A stretch of DNA of 62,488 nt, filler included, from Hausera hauseri (lineage: Eukaryota), in assembly GCA_046269625.1 (NCBI GenBank). It is 14 parts of 14 records of this genome, joined end to end, with 100 filler letters (N's around TTAATTAATTAA, not from the genome) between each part and the next. Parts side by side here need not be neighbours in the genome. Positions count along the whole stretch, not along the records: positions 1 to 4,241 come from JBJURY010681218.1; positions 4,342 to 9,407 come from JBJURY010346713.1; positions 9,508 to 14,077 come from JBJURY010523681.1; 11 more parts are not named here. One strand, written 5' to 3'. This document shows, one piece after another, positions 1 through 14,177 of the stretch. Within the stretch, counting starts at the first letter, position 1, and every line of letters starts with the position of its first letter. The position numbers were made by a program, and so were the translations under genes. The notes beneath the pieces were generated by a model. The model did no database searches. It was not told the DNA's origin and worked only from the letters and a program-made list of their open reading frames with translations.

Positions 1-1147
1 CTCGAACTTGATTTCTTACTGCTTTTCAATATATTGCCTGTGGTCTCTATTTCAAATTGCACATTACTGGTCCAAATACCCTAAGGACATTAGTTCACAA
101 ATCAAATATTTCCAGCAAATCAACTATTCACAAGCTCACAATATAAAATCATCGTGGAACCAATTACTAGTCGATTCCATTAATAATGATTCAAACAATT
201 ATTCGGTGATTTGTGATAAAAAAGCACCCGATTCAGGATCGACCAACGCTGATTTAAATCGTCTTTACAGCGATTTGATCTCAACGAATACAGATATTAA
301 ACGAGACAATGGGACCCAATTCTATAATCAGACCACAAATGCCGGTATTTATTCCCATTCGATCGAAAACTCTCGACCTCTCCAACAGGCGACATCCCAA
401 ACCCAACATAGTCCATCGTCCGATTCCAGTGATAACATCAAATCGGAACTGTTGTAACAAACAAATATTCCACATTCCAATTTTGATGAATCGAAAACGA
501 TTATGAACAATTCCGATTCGCTGAAATATTCCAGTTCGAATAACAGTGCACATTTAAACGAATGCAGTAAATTATCCACCTCTCCAACTCCGAAACATTT
601 CCAAAAAATCGAATCGACAACAAATGTTTCCGAAATAAAAATTACGAATTTTCCATTAACCGAATAATCATAGGAATAGCAATCATCTTGACGATACGAG
701 TCCGAATTATTTTCATAGTCTAATGAATTCGGGAATTCTCCGAGTGACCATATCAAACAAATCCATAAGATCGATTCAGTCGAATTACATAAATTCCGGT
801 TCATATTTTCCAACAATTCCGAATATTGATTATATTAATGAATCCTATTTAATGACATGTGCCGGATTTACCGACTCTTGTTTGTGTGGCATTTAATTTA
901 TGACATTGTAAAGTAAAAAAAAATGTTTTGTTTAGAGAATAAAGAATTTTTTACAGTTTCAGTTCAATTCGAATTTTATTTAGCCATTTTGTAAGAATTT
1001 ATCTCTTGATTCGATTTTGTCACTATCAATTGGAATTTACACATCATTCATTGTTTCTTTCGTCGATTTATCGAGTAACAAGTTTCATGTGATCGATTCC
1101 ATTTTGTTCGTAATTTGTACCACGATAGTTCTAAATAACTGTGACAA

Positions 1148-2199
<1,052 letters not shown>

Positions 2200-2214
<15 letters not shown>

Positions 2215-2880
2215 TTTCGCTTGTACAATTAACTCATTAAATAATAGTACTGACCTGAATTCCTGAGTCAATGACATAATAGTCGTAATTTTGCAATGAG
2301 AAACTTCTTTTGGCAGAACTTGAGTTGAGTGGGTACTGTCGAAATCATAATTACAGTCCAAATCTGTGATACAATCACATAAAATTTGAATCAATTTCTA
2401 AATCTTCGCCATGATATCCATGAAACAAACTGCCATTAATTAACATTTGTTGAACGGTATTATTGTTAAATCCAATTAATAACAACTCCAACGTGTCATC
2501 TTTATCATTTTTCCACGGTAGCATTTTCCCAACATTCAACGACGTTATTTGATGAGTCTGTGATAATGCAAACGTGGATCGAGGCAACCAAGTTGAATCA
2601 TTCGTGGTATATTCGCATAAATGCATATAATTTTCCGAATTGATCGAAATTAATCTGGCTTGTCCGTTAATGAATTTTACGAATTTGATCGGTTTCAACT
2701 GATCAATGACAAACGTCGTTGAGACGTCCGGAGAACCGTACACTTTAATTTCACAGCGTTTCATTACGATTGCTGACAGATGCAATTGATTATCGTAACT
2801 TTGGGGCATCATCAGTTACACCGTAAAAAAACGTTATAGTTCTGTGATGACCAATTTTGGCATTTGTCCGACGATTTTTT
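2200..2880 (-). pseudogene. Lethal giant larvae/tomosyn-like WD40 N-terminal fragment
   Basis: YDNQLHLSAIVMKRCEIKVYGSPDV..FINGQARLISINSENYMHL resembles the Lgl/tomosyn AIGTRSGAIKLYGAPGV..LPGQCQLVTLLDDNSLHLW segment; frameshifted. Confidence 0.6.
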
Positions 2881-3290
2881 AAACAGTGGAAGTTGTAGTG
2901 GTATCTTCTTAAATGATACGAATAATCTTACAGCCATGTTAAAAATCAAAAAATTCAAAATGTCGTAATAATAGTTGTGCTTAAACAAAACTTCAAAATG
3001 GTGTAAACAACATTTATTAACTTTAATTCAGTTAAACAACCTATCAAGATAATATTTGAAAAAAAAAACTGTACAATAGTGAGAAACACACACACACATA
3101 TATATATCGAGTTAAAGTAGAAATTTTCCTCCGATCAGTTCGATTACGGATTGAAAATGGACAAAATTTCCAGCGCGAATTTTAGTTTTTTTCTCATTTC
3201 CGACAATGTCAGATGTAACAGTTTTAATTGATCTTCCCGTTGCTTTATTTCAATTTCCAGTTGAAGAATACGTAGTAGCAATCGGTCATT

Positions 3291-4241
3291 TTATTCTTTA
3301 TATTGTACCAGTCGGTTTACTATCAATTTGTTCTGAGCCAAACTTTGCGAATATTTGGATATTTCATTGACGCCTTTGGAATATATTGGCGTTGGAATTG
3401 AGTCTTCATCGATATATGAAAAGAAACATGTTTCTTCATTTTGACACGATCGTATGCTAGTTGTCTGCGTTTCAGTGTTACTGATTCCCATATGTTTACG
3501 TCTCTGCGATATTCGTCTTTTTTGAGTCATCATGATTTGATCGTCTAAAAGAAAATAAGAAATTCTCAGTTACTTGATCAAATTCATCAGATGAAATTAA
3601 GCCGTCTTTGTCATTATCATACACTTTGAAAACAGCCTCGACCATATAGTTTACATGCTGTTTGAGAATTTCGAAATTTGGTGGCTTTACTCTACATATA
3701 AATTCAGCAAATAGCACAGATTTGTTTAATGTTGGAGAATCACTTGAAGACTTTGGATCACGAGCTAAAGTGAATTCATAGATTTCTTCTGTATATTGAA
3801 CATCGAGAGAGCCTTAACGTGTTGCAAAGATCAATATTCTGATGGATATTCATTTGCATAAACTGCTGACCGAAGATAGACTATAGAGTTGGTGCGAGCT
3901 GAGCGAATTTTTAAAAAAGTAAATAGTCGACCTTTGTCGAAGTTATCTGGTAAAACCGTGTGGTAAAAGATTATATCTTTCAAATGAACAGCTAAAACCA
4001 GAATGTGAAATCCGCATGCTTCTTCTTTGAGTTGTCTGTACGTGCTGAAATTATTCGTGGAGACAATTAGTTTGGAGAATTCAAGTATCTTGATTGAAGT
4101 TGCAGATAAAACGGTTATTGTAAATGTGAGTCTGGAAGTTGTTGAATGGGTAATTCCACCGATGACAGTGCAAAAGGAATTGAAATTTTGGAGAATCAAT
4201 AAATGTTTTGCTATATGAAGAAATCTCTCGACAACTTTTGC
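3291..4241 (-). pseudogene. RASGRP: RasGRP/CalDAG-GEF fragment (RasGEF C-terminal part plus EF-hand), intronless
   Basis: LQNFNS..VIGGITHS..SRL, GF.ILVLAVHLKDI..LPD, then KQHVNYMVEAVFKVYDNDKDGLISSDEF EF-hand; stops and frameshifts; runs off contig end. Confidence 0.85.
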
Positions 4242-4341
4242 NNNNNNNNNNNNNNNNNNNNNNNNNNNNNNNNNNNNNNNNNNNNTTAATTAATTAANNN
4301 NNNNNNNNNNNNNNNNNNNNNNNNNNNNNNNNNNNNNNNNN
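4242..4341. other. Artificial contig-joining linker (first of 13; others at 9408, 14078, 18629, 22869, 26919, 31015, 35915, 40073, 44680, 48986, 53759, 58246; each 100 bp)
   Basis: Identical N-run/TTAATTAATTAA/N-run each time; the 12-mer puts stops in all six frames. Confidence 0.98.
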
Positions 4342-5261
4342 CTATTACGACAACGGCAATGATTCAACTATTGGTAAAAGTACGTTCGCAAACACTGATG
4401 AAGCAATGTCATCAAAACGTATTGATGATTCGACAAAAAATTTCCCATATCTGAATTCCTTGCAAAACAGAAACGATGAACTAAATTCATTGATTGCAAA
4501 CCATGATTCTGACATTCTGGCAGCATACCAAGCGTATATGTACAGCGCCATGCCCTACAGGGACTGCATTTCCTACATGCAGCAGTGCACTCTGCTCAAC
4601 AAGTCTACCGACTCGATATCAAACCTCATCAGCAGTTTATCTAAATCACAATCCGTTCCATTGACAAAAGACAACACTACCAATGCCATATTCAGTTGTG
4701 CTGCAACTCATCTGTTTTACAATACATCAGCTCCAATTACCGACTTGACGAAAGACGTTTTGCAGGTCATTTACCGACACGGTACGAATATTATTGCATT
4801 GTTTATTAAAACAAAAAATAATCTCATCCTAATCCGTGATTTAATACGATCGGCAGAGTTGGATACCCCAATATCTTTCATTACATGGATCGTCGAGCGG
4901 CTGCCGGACCCGGTTATGGAGGTTCGGTAACCCACAGGTTGCCACGCCGGCTAGGTAGTGCCGCGCGCCGGGCTGTCGTGCCATTGCCGTCCTAGCGCCG
5001 GGCTTGTTTGCGTCACGCGCCACAAAATCCACCTGTCGCTAATATCCCTTACCTTTCCTTCCATTTTTTAATCAATAACAAAAACATACACACACATGCA
5101 AGAACATACCACACATAACACATATCTATCACCACCTTGCTAACCTTCTAGGCACTTTTGCCTTTTTTATCCTACAAGGTCTCATTATCCACAACTTTTA
5201 TGATCTCCTTTTCATACGGACTTTCTTTCTCATTCAAATCAATTTCAAAATTCTTGGAGGC

Positions 5262-6305
5262 ATGAAATCGCCACCTTCAATCGACACCACTGAAAAGCCA
5301 AAATCTATTCCGATATTACGCTGCGCCGGTAAAGTCACACCTACCGGCTTCCCTTTCGGCCACCACTGTATTAAATTCTTTATCGACAGTCAAAACTCAA
5401 GCCAAACCTGGATTCAATTTCATTGCCTCTGGCTCCAATCTGCAAACATAACCGAATCTCTTTCAAAGGCCCATAGCCTTTTGTACTATTTATCAAATTC
5501 AATCAAGACGCGAATACCCAATCTTCTACAACTCTTCGAACATCCTGATCCTTACAAAGAGCTATACAACGCTGTTCTTAGGCTTACAGAGCCTTCTTTG
5601 GACTCCATTATTCAACGCTACTTCAATGAGAACACCCTAGGCAATCAAAAGCTTTTCCAATTCTTACAAATAGCTCTAAATAACTTGAAGGAACTTGGAG
5701 TAACACAGGAACACAACGCAGATCTTTTAAGACGTTATTTTCTCCAAGCTTTACCCTTACAAATTAGGGGTCCGTTAACCGTGATTGAAGAGTCATTAGA
5801 CCTTAATAAATTAACTGAGTTAGCTGACAAATCATATGAATTGTTGCAGATGCACACCCCCTCACTTATCTCTACTACCATCACACCATGTGACACACAA
5901 CAAAACACATTGCACAAACAAATAATTCAATTAAAAGCGGATAATAAAGCGCTGCTAGAAACCATCAACAGCATAAACAAAAAGTTAAACCAACTGACTC
6001 CCTCAAGACAAAATTTTCCTGGTGCCTCCCATTCTGATAGACCTCCACTGCGCTACAGACGATCGCCATCGCCCGTACGATCGTCTATTTGTTATTATGA
6101 TCATAATTTTGGAAACAACGCACACAAATGTTTCATTGGGTGCAAATTCTTTGCACCTAAATTTAAGTAAGGCAACAACATCTGCATCTACCATTCTAAG
6201 TTCAATACTAAGGCTATAAAATGTTTACCAGGATGCAATTTCAACTTACATGAGAATAGGCAATCCTCAACTAACAAACAAAATCAAATACAGCTAAAAA
6301 ACTAA
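5262..6305 (+). pseudogene. gag: gag with two CHCC zinc knuckles; premature TAA at 6168
   Basis: LLRRYFLQALP..LTELADK; CYYDHNFGNNAHKCFIGC (6090-6143) and CIYHSKFNTKAIKCLPGC (6183-6236). Confidence 0.88.
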
Positions 6306-6343
6306 TAACGCCGCTAGAGTTATCGGCCACCTCTAGCAAAGGC
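6296..6343 (+). promoter_or_regulatory. -1 ribosomal frameshift signal (gag-pol)
   Basis: A AAA AAC directly before the gag TAA; stem GCTAGAG(6313-6319)/CTCTAGC(6331-6337); loop GCC can pair with GGC at 6341. Confidence 0.7.
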
Positions 6344-9300
6344 TCCGCTTTACAAAATTACAGCCGAAACGCAAGATTTGCAGCTTTTACGTTGGAAGCA
6401 ACTGTCGTTACTCCAATGAAACATAACATTAACTTCCTCAGACACAGGAGCAGCTATTTTTCTGGTTCCTCCTGAGTATGAGGTACATAACAAAATAAAC
6501 TTACACAAAAAATTATTCACTGCACCAGGAGCAGCACTAAATACCTTCGGCACTACCAGCATCACTTTTACATTACAAGGCAGCAAAATCACATACAATT
6601 GAACATTCACAGTTGCCAACGTCCAAGCTCCTATATTGGGATCAGACTTTCTGTCCCATTACCAACTACTGGTGGATTGCAGACGCTGTTCCTTGATTAA
6701 CTCAAACCAATTTGAACAATTTAATCTGGTGAATATCATTTCGACGATCGAGCAGACGGTCACCGGCCGTAAACCTGCTCTTAAAAAGTCACATATTAAT
6801 TTAAAGTATTATTATAATCATCCCTTATTTAGAGACTACTATAATGCAGTTAACAAATATGATAATGCCAACTCTTTGACACCTTTAGCTAACGAAACCG
6901 CTCGCAACACCATTTTCAATTTCACAATATTGCAACAAATTCCACTTAGTCTTGATAGTACAACTTTTTCCCTAACTGACGCTAAGCAAATCGAAACATC
7001 ATCATCACCGTCAACCATTTTATCATCACTTCCACTGGAGTAGCAATCCTATGTATCTTCTTCTTGCACTCGTTTGTTGCAGAAATTCAAAGCTTTTAAA
7101 CTAGCCATGCACACTTTTCATCATATTGTCACAAAACACGAGAGACCCATACAACAAAAAGTACGACCATTATCCCCACGTGGCAGACATGCAGTTAAAG
7201 CCGAATTTTCAGAACTACAACGCTTAGGCATCATCAGAAGATCTAAATCTTCATGGGCTTCGCCATTACATGTTGTCTCAAAAAGGACGGATCTTATCGC
7301 CCATGCGGTGACTACAGGCAACTGAATCAGATCACAACCATGGACGCCTACCCTTTGCCTCTAATCAATGACATCCTACATAAACTTCACGGCTCCAGCA
7401 TTTTCTCAAACATCGATCTCCATAAGACATACCACCAAATCCCTGTAGCACTAGCAGACATTCCAAAAACGACAGTAAAAGCTCCTTTCGGACTTTTTGA
7501 ATATCTATATATGCCATTTGGCTTACGCAGTGCAGCCCAAACCTTTCAGAGGCATATAGACACCGTCCTCGCAGACCTAGACTTCTCATATCCCTACATC
7601 GACGATATTTTGATTGCTTCTTCATCTTCTAAACAGCATACTGAGTACCTACGCATCGTTTTCAAACGACTCCACCAAAACAATCTCCAAATAAACTTCG
7701 CAAAATGTTCCTTCTTTAAACAAATAATCAATTTCTTCGGACACATTATTACTCCAACCGGACACGCTCCACAGCAAGACCGCATCACTCAACTGAAAAA
7801 CATTCAATTACCACGCACAACTTCAGAAATGCGTTCCTTCCTCGGTACCTTGCATTTTATTCACAAATACTTACCGCATTGTTCGACCTTAACCGCTCCA
7901 TTCGCTACCCTAAGTGCTGGTAAAAAACAACCTATTATTTGGACACCTGAACTTGTTAATGCTTTTAAACATCTAAAAGCAAATCTCAAAACATTAGAAA
8001 TATTAGCCTATCCAGATTCTACATCAGAACTTTTTCTTACAACAAACGCATCAACTATCGCAGCAGGCGCAGTCCTCCACCAATTTAAAAATAACGAGCA
8101 TTAATTTTTAGAGTTCTTTTCTAGAAAGTTTGCTACAACAGAACAAAAGTACTCTGCCTTTGACAGAGAACTTTTAGCAATGGTCCTCGCAGTCAAGCAT
8201 TTCAAACATCTCTTAATATCACGCACCTTCACAATCCAAACAGACCATAAGCCGCTGCTACATATTTCCACCATGAAATCTCCTTCTCTACGTCAGGAAG
8301 GACATATATCCTATTTGCCAACTTTCAATTTTACAATAAAACATATAAACGGCACAGACAACGTTGTAGCTGATTTTTTATCACGTTCAGTTGACTCAAT
8401 AACATTTAAACCAATTTTATACAACGAGACGCTTCGACGGAATCAACCGGATGATGAAACTCTCACTTCTTATAAATCAGTTATTATCATTGATGGTGTG
8501 ACCTTTGATACCACCGACCCTGGATGGCCTAAAATCATACTAGTTCCTTCTCTCGAAAGAATAGTCTTTACAAATATTCATCCATCCAGGATCTAAGGCC
8601 ACACACCACCTCTTAAAACACCAAGTTACATGGCCATCAATGAAAGCAGACGTACAAGCTTAGGTTAAGGAGTGTGCGGTATGCCAAAAATTCAAAATCA
8701 TTAAACACCTAAAGCCGCCACTTTATCATTTTCCCTGTACGTCACGCTTTGATACTGTCCATCTCGATATCGTCGGCTCTCTTCCACCAGACAGCGGTCA
8801 CCAATTCATCCACACAATAATGGACCGTTCGCCTAGATGACCAGAAGCAGTTCCACTTCGATCCACAAACACTGAGTCCATAGCTGACGCTTTCATACGT
8901 GTATGGCCCAACCGATTCGGCTCACCCAAACATAATCGCCGACCAAGGCCCCCAATTAGAGTCGAGTCTCTTTAAATCACTAGTAAATCGGCTGGGCATA
9001 TCTTATATCCACACAACACCCTACCACTCCCAGTCTAACGGCCTTTTAGAGCGTTTTTATTGTACATTGAAAACCTCTCTCAGAATTTTATCTGAACACA
9101 ACCCCCCCTTCTACCTTTTGTCTTACTCGGATGGTGAAACACCCCATCCACATCAACCGGTTGCTGCCCGTCGGAAGCCCTATTTGGCACACCACTACAT
9201 GTCCTTTTCGAGTTAATTGAGCAGAACAATTCACCTACTGATGAAACAATTCGGGCGGCCCAGGAACATTTTGTTGCAATTAGCAAATACGCTTTTTGTA

Positions 9301-9407
9301 GAGTTCTACATGGCAATCGACCATACATTCCTAACGACCTTTACACAGCTAAATTCGTTTGGTTAAAAAACCAAACTCCGGTCGGTTTTCAGCCACGGTA
9401 CACCGGC
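6306..9407 (+). pseudogene. pol: pol: protease, RT, RNase H, integrase (disrupted)
   Basis: DTGAA, ILGSDFL, YRPCGDYRQLN, MPFGL, YIDDILI, TDHKPL, VADFLSR, DQGPQ, SNGLLER. Confidence 0.95.
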
Positions 9408-9507
9408 NNNNNNNNNNNNNNNNNNNNNNNNNNNNNNNNNNNNNNNNNNNNTTAATTAATTAANNNNNNNNNNNNNNNNNNNNNNNNNNNNNNNNNNNNN
9501 NNNNNNN

Positions 9508-10281
9508 TAAAGCATCTAGATTGTCAATATGCAAAAAATTGCTAAGTATACTTAAGAAAAGGCACCATACAATTCTCTTTACTGCTGAGAAGCTTTATAC
9601 AGTCTATAGTGTTTCCAATAGTCGTACAAATCGTTACATCTCATCCAGGCTACGTAAGATTCTCCTTCCGTACTAAACACCCAGCCTCCGTAATAGTATT
9701 TGGATTGTTCTCATCTGATGGTAAGAAAATTGATTCAGTGTTCATTGAAAGTGGCCAAAAAATAAATACTGATGTCTACCTGAACATCCTAGAGAATTAC
9801 GTTCTTCCTAGGGTGAATGAGAACTATGGTTCATCACGCAATATTGTGCTCCAACGAGATGAGCACCAGTTCACACTGCAAAAAGAACCTAGACATGGTT
9901 AAGGATTAACATTCCAAATTTCTCGTTTAAGGAATTGTGGCGGCCCAGTTCACCAGATCTTAATACTTTGGATTGTAGCATATGGGTGTATGTCAGACAA
10001 AGTCTTGCGGACATTCTCAAAAGTGTTGCCACACTAAGAGCAACCATTATACACCAGTGGAGAGCTATTTCAGAAGACTATATTCGTACCGTTTGTTCAT
10101 CTTTTAGACCCCAGGTTGAAAATGTAATCAATGCTGAAAGAGGCCATATTGAATAGACTTTTTCAAGAATATGTAAATCATTATTTTTTGTAAATATAGC
10201 TTTTCCGAAGTGTTATTTTTCGAGTATCATTAAATCGTTTCTTTCAAATAAACAAGTCTCATTTTTTATCCGCATAAGGTA
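9508..10281 (+). mobile_element. IS630-Tc1-mariner transposon 3' part, maT/DD37D-like transposase pseudogene (CDS remnant ends 10156)
   Basis: KHPASVIVFG, GQKINTDVY.ILE.VLP, LQRD/GAPVHTAK, WRPSSPDLNTLDCSIW (third catalytic residue D); candidate terminus ending in TA near 10281. Confidence 0.85.
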
Positions 10282-10359
10282 TACGTGATGTACCGGTGTT
10301 TTGACTACTATTAGCCATAAGATATTAAAAAATTTTAAATTATTACAGTTGACTAAAAT

Positions 10360-11790
10360 CTACAACGATTTGAAGAACAAAAAAGAACAATGGAGAAATA
10401 ATGTACAAGAAATGTCAAACCCAAAAGAATAAATTTTCGACGGTTTCCACCGACTGACAACAGCCGCGTAGAGGCCCATCACAATTGCAGTAGAATCGAA
10501 TAACATGTGAAAACCATCGGAAATCAGTGCTAAACTATTTATGAGAAATCCATAAAACAATTCCACAAACGCAAATGCCAAATTAATACAAAGATACAAA
10601 AATATCCGTCTCGAATCGTCATCAAACAATATTTCCATCAACATCTTATGGAGATGACTGACAATCGGTGGTCCGGTACGATGGAGAAATTCTTCGCTAA
10701 CAGAAAATGTATACAGCGGCAAACCGCCTTTGGAAGAACCAACGAAATTTCCTTTGTTCGCCTTGGTACGATTGTAACTCGATGCCAATAATTTACAAGC
10801 ATAGGCAATCAAAAACAAACTAACGGCAACAACAAACGACAATTCATGATCGGTATTCTCACTATTCAAGATGACAATTTTATTAAGCAAAGTCCTGCTC
10901 GTTGTATACGGATGATTCCAGAAAACTGACAACAACATGCCAGCAAATCCCATTATCCATTTGCCATAAATGCCAATAAACTGACTACAGTATTTCGTCG
11001 CCGTTATAGAATTCACGTAAAAGTGAACGATGTTATTGCTGATACTGATGTAGAAAATAATGGCTTGAATGTGCCAACTTGATTGAGAAATGGATTCCGG
11101 AACGTTGAAAAAGTTTGCGTATGGATTGGTGAAATAAAATGCGAACAACAACCACGTAATTGACGAAATGATAGATGAAATTGCCGACAGTCGTTTATGG
11201 CCACCAACAACGTGACTGATATTTTTAGCAACAATTTTTTTACGACCCGTATGCAGTAACAGCCCCAAAACCAGGAAAATAACACCAGCTTTACGGTCCG
11301 ATAATCCAAAAGCGGAAAGAATTTTGTTGAATACCCGTGGAATCAGGACATTGTTATTCAATCCAGCATTAGGAACATTTTTCCATGAAGATTTCTCACT
11401 ATGATCGAAAAACAAAATGCGGATTACAGCGCAGATAAAAATAAAAGTTCCACGAGATTTTACCGTACTATTATTGTTTAAGAAGAAAAGACAACTTTAA
11501 ATAGACCGGACAATACTATTATTAACAGTAGATTGAGATTTGGATGTGAACCCACATAGAGGAAGTAGCTTTTCACTGACCTCTTGATTATGACAAATGA
11601 TAAATAGTAGGCACATTGTTAAAGGTGTATTGTAATCATTAATCGTTATATTTTCAACGAAATCTAGAGACTGGAATATAGTTTAAGAAGGTTTGTGAAC
11701 ACGTAATAAGGTATCGCACAACGAATGGTATGGACTAAACGTTTATATGCACGTAGAGCAAGTCCGAAACCACTTTTGCGACCATGTAAA
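10360..11790 (-). pseudogene. SLC30A5: Zinc transporter ZnT5-like, intronless, 3'-truncated
   Basis: KGNFVGSSKGGLPLY, DSRRIFLYLCINLAFAFVELFYG..NSLALISDGFHMLFD, SRWKPSKIYSFGF; long N-terminal membrane region typical of ZnT5; homology stops abruptly near 10410. Confidence 0.88.
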
Positions 11791-12341
11791 TAAGATTCAA
11801 GTATTTCCTTACTTACCAAACCCAGGGAAGACAATGTTGTGCCAGCAAAATAATAGGCAAGGTAATAAGGGAAAAGTAGATAAAAAATATGATGGATAAA
11901 ATGTATAGAAAAAATATTCGCCGACCGAAAAATGTATAATGGTGAATCTCACCTTATCGTGTACCGGTTTCTCCATGATCGGTGGTATCATGTGGTATTT
12001 TGGGGGCTGCAGATCGATGTCTTTGCAGGTCAACCGCGTCATCTTACGAGTAATCTGTCCGAATTTGTGTTGTAACTTTTGGAATACTTCAGTGGCCAAA
12101 TCTGATCGATTCTTTCGAATGTAAAGTATACCGAGTAGAGACACCGATTCTAAATCGTTGTTTCGATCGATATGTCGCTGGTGCTTTCGAACGACTGTCT
12201 TTCACTATAAGTCGGGGGCGTTCCATTGCAATAAATAGACATGTAAGTCACACATTTTGTATAAACCTTCTCCACAAAACAAGGTTCAGTAGTGTGAACA
12301 ACTTTCCTACCAGAGTCATCTTTCAATTCCAAAGTCGTTTT

Positions 12342-12816
12342 ACTATTCAGAGATTCTCCATCGGGCGCTTTTCCGCTAGTAATTACAAGTAGCTGATCTT
12401 TATTAATCACCTGGTTGTTACGTAATTCTATGTAGAACTTTATTTTCATATCTAATTTTAAATTGTCAATGGGATAAAGAGTACCGCTGGTGAGAATTAT
12501 ACTTCGAATATTACGCTTAACCAAACTTTCAGAACTTAGACATGGTATGACACGACAAAAATTACGAACACGGTTCCTTTGTAATGTATTAACTGTATTC
12601 CAACCTGTACTAGTAACTATGTCTTCATCGTGGATATAAATTTTGTAGGACGAAGACAATGTTTGATCGATGAAATTTGATGAAAAAGAATACTCATTAT
12701 CTTTGTGGCCCCCCATTGTGGCCGAATTAATTCTCGCTATAGGCAATGCAAATTTTTTACATTGAACGTTTGTGGCCAAAGACACTTTCTTGAACATATC
12801 TTCAAGTATGGATTGT
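12342..12816 (-). pseudogene. RTEL1: RTEL1 helicase internal fragment, fused in frame behind the ABCC fragment
   Basis: SYKIYIH..ESLVKRNIRSIILTSGTLYPI..IKFYIELRNNQVINKDQL..APDGESLNS matches RTEL1 VRSLILTSGTLAP..LENPHIIDKHQI..GPDGAQLSS. Confidence 0.8.
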
Positions 12817-14030
12817 GAACCATTGGTGACTTGAACAACCACGTCTTCAGATGATTTTTCTGTTATCTCATCCAAATAGTAGATTCCATTGTGACTGAGT
12901 TCTTCTTCAACAAGAAATTTACTTATTCGTCTTAATGACACGAATGCATTAACGGATTCAGTGATACTCCATGGCAGAATTGTCATTGGACTGCGAAGGA
13001 TATTAAACAAAGCCAGTTAAACGAAGGCTTTTTCTGCAGTTATTATTTCAGCTTCATGCGTATAAACGTAAACCAAAAATGATGAAAACATGACAAAAAT
13101 GGAATTATATCCCAAATAATATTGGATACTCCCCATATAACTGCATCCTTACGTATATATCCCACTTCACCAGAACGTAATTTATGCAATTTTGATGCGA
13201 ATGATAGTTCCCACGCATACATTTTCAATACCTTAATTCCTTTAAGTTCTTCAGTGATCAATTTTATTCGTTTGTCTTTCCATTGCAATTCCAGATCCGC
13301 AAAACGTTGCGACAATATCATCATCAATGCATTCACTGGAATGAAAAGTACTATGACGCCAACTCCAGCAAATATTGCATATGATAATTCGGTGTAAAGG
13401 AAAATCATTGCTACTGTGATTTGAAGAGTGCAGGATGGTAAGAACCAAGAATAACCTATCCAATCAACCACCCGTTCGGCATCTACACTCATTAGATTGA
13501 CGATTTCTCCAACAGTAAATTTATGTCGTGCTTCATTATTTAGTCTCAGAGCCTTTCGATAAAGTACTCCTACAATTGCACCATGAATTCTAAAACTAAT
13601 TCTCGTTTCAATAAACTCGCAATAATTATCCATTGTTGTACGAATTGTACCTATAATAAGGAAAAGCGCTGCTAAACTGTAACCATGCCAATGAACTAAA
13701 TTTCTGGCTTCAATATAAGACAATAAAAGTTTGAGCAAAAAAGGTTCAGTAAGCATTAGAATGTCTTGCAAGCATTTCAATAACCATGTAGCCAAAAGAG
13801 AAGGAAAATAGATTTTACCAAGACTAAGAAATAAAGTCCAGCTTGGATTTCGATATTTCTCAGTTTTCGTTTCTTGTTCGTTATTAACAGCATCCAACAA
13901 ATTTTCGCTGCTGTCCGATATATGTCTATTGGCGAAAGATCTAAAATAATCGAATTACATATAGACTTGGTAACGGTGTATAGATTATAAAGACTACAAA
14001 GGGATAGCCGCAGTTTGTGAACAAACATTA
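12817..14030 (-). pseudogene. ABCC1: ABCC1/MRP1-type ABC transporter fragment (TMD1), intronless
   Basis: LYRKALRLNNEAR..TVGEIVNLMSVDA, KDKRIKL..ELKGIKVLKMYAWELSF, FNILRSPM..VSLRRISKFL; ends before NBD1. Confidence 0.9.
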
Positions 14031-14177
14031 TATAAAGTAAAATAAAATTTTTATAATATTTAGAGTGTGATAATTAANNNNNNNNNNNNNNNNNNNNNNN
14101 NNNNNNNNNNNNNNNNNNNNNTTAATTAATTAANNNNNNNNNNNNNNNNNNNNNNNNNNNNNNNNNNNNNNNNNNNN

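Larger units (their letters stand above)
4880..9407 (+). mobile_element. Ty3/gypsy LTR retrotransposon, CsRn1/Kabuki-like, copy 1 (decayed; GC-rich putative 5' LTR ~4880-5150)
   Basis: gag with CHCC knuckles, AAAAAAC frameshift site, then PR-RT-RH-IN in gypsy order. Confidence 0.92.

Noticed and set aside
660-816. Adaptin/AP5Z1-like LIWSLGEF on the minus strand
   Set aside because: Match too short to call.
455-830. Alternative genetic code (stop read-through) explaining in-frame stops
   Set aside because: All three stop codons and many frameshifts occur across the window; simple decay suffices.
4406-4930. 174-aa ORF before the LTR
   Set aside because: No recognisable motif; its end runs into LTR-like DNA.
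14078-14177. ORFs ending in X..LIN, and TTAATTAATTAA as a biological motif
   Set aside because: Artificial linker.
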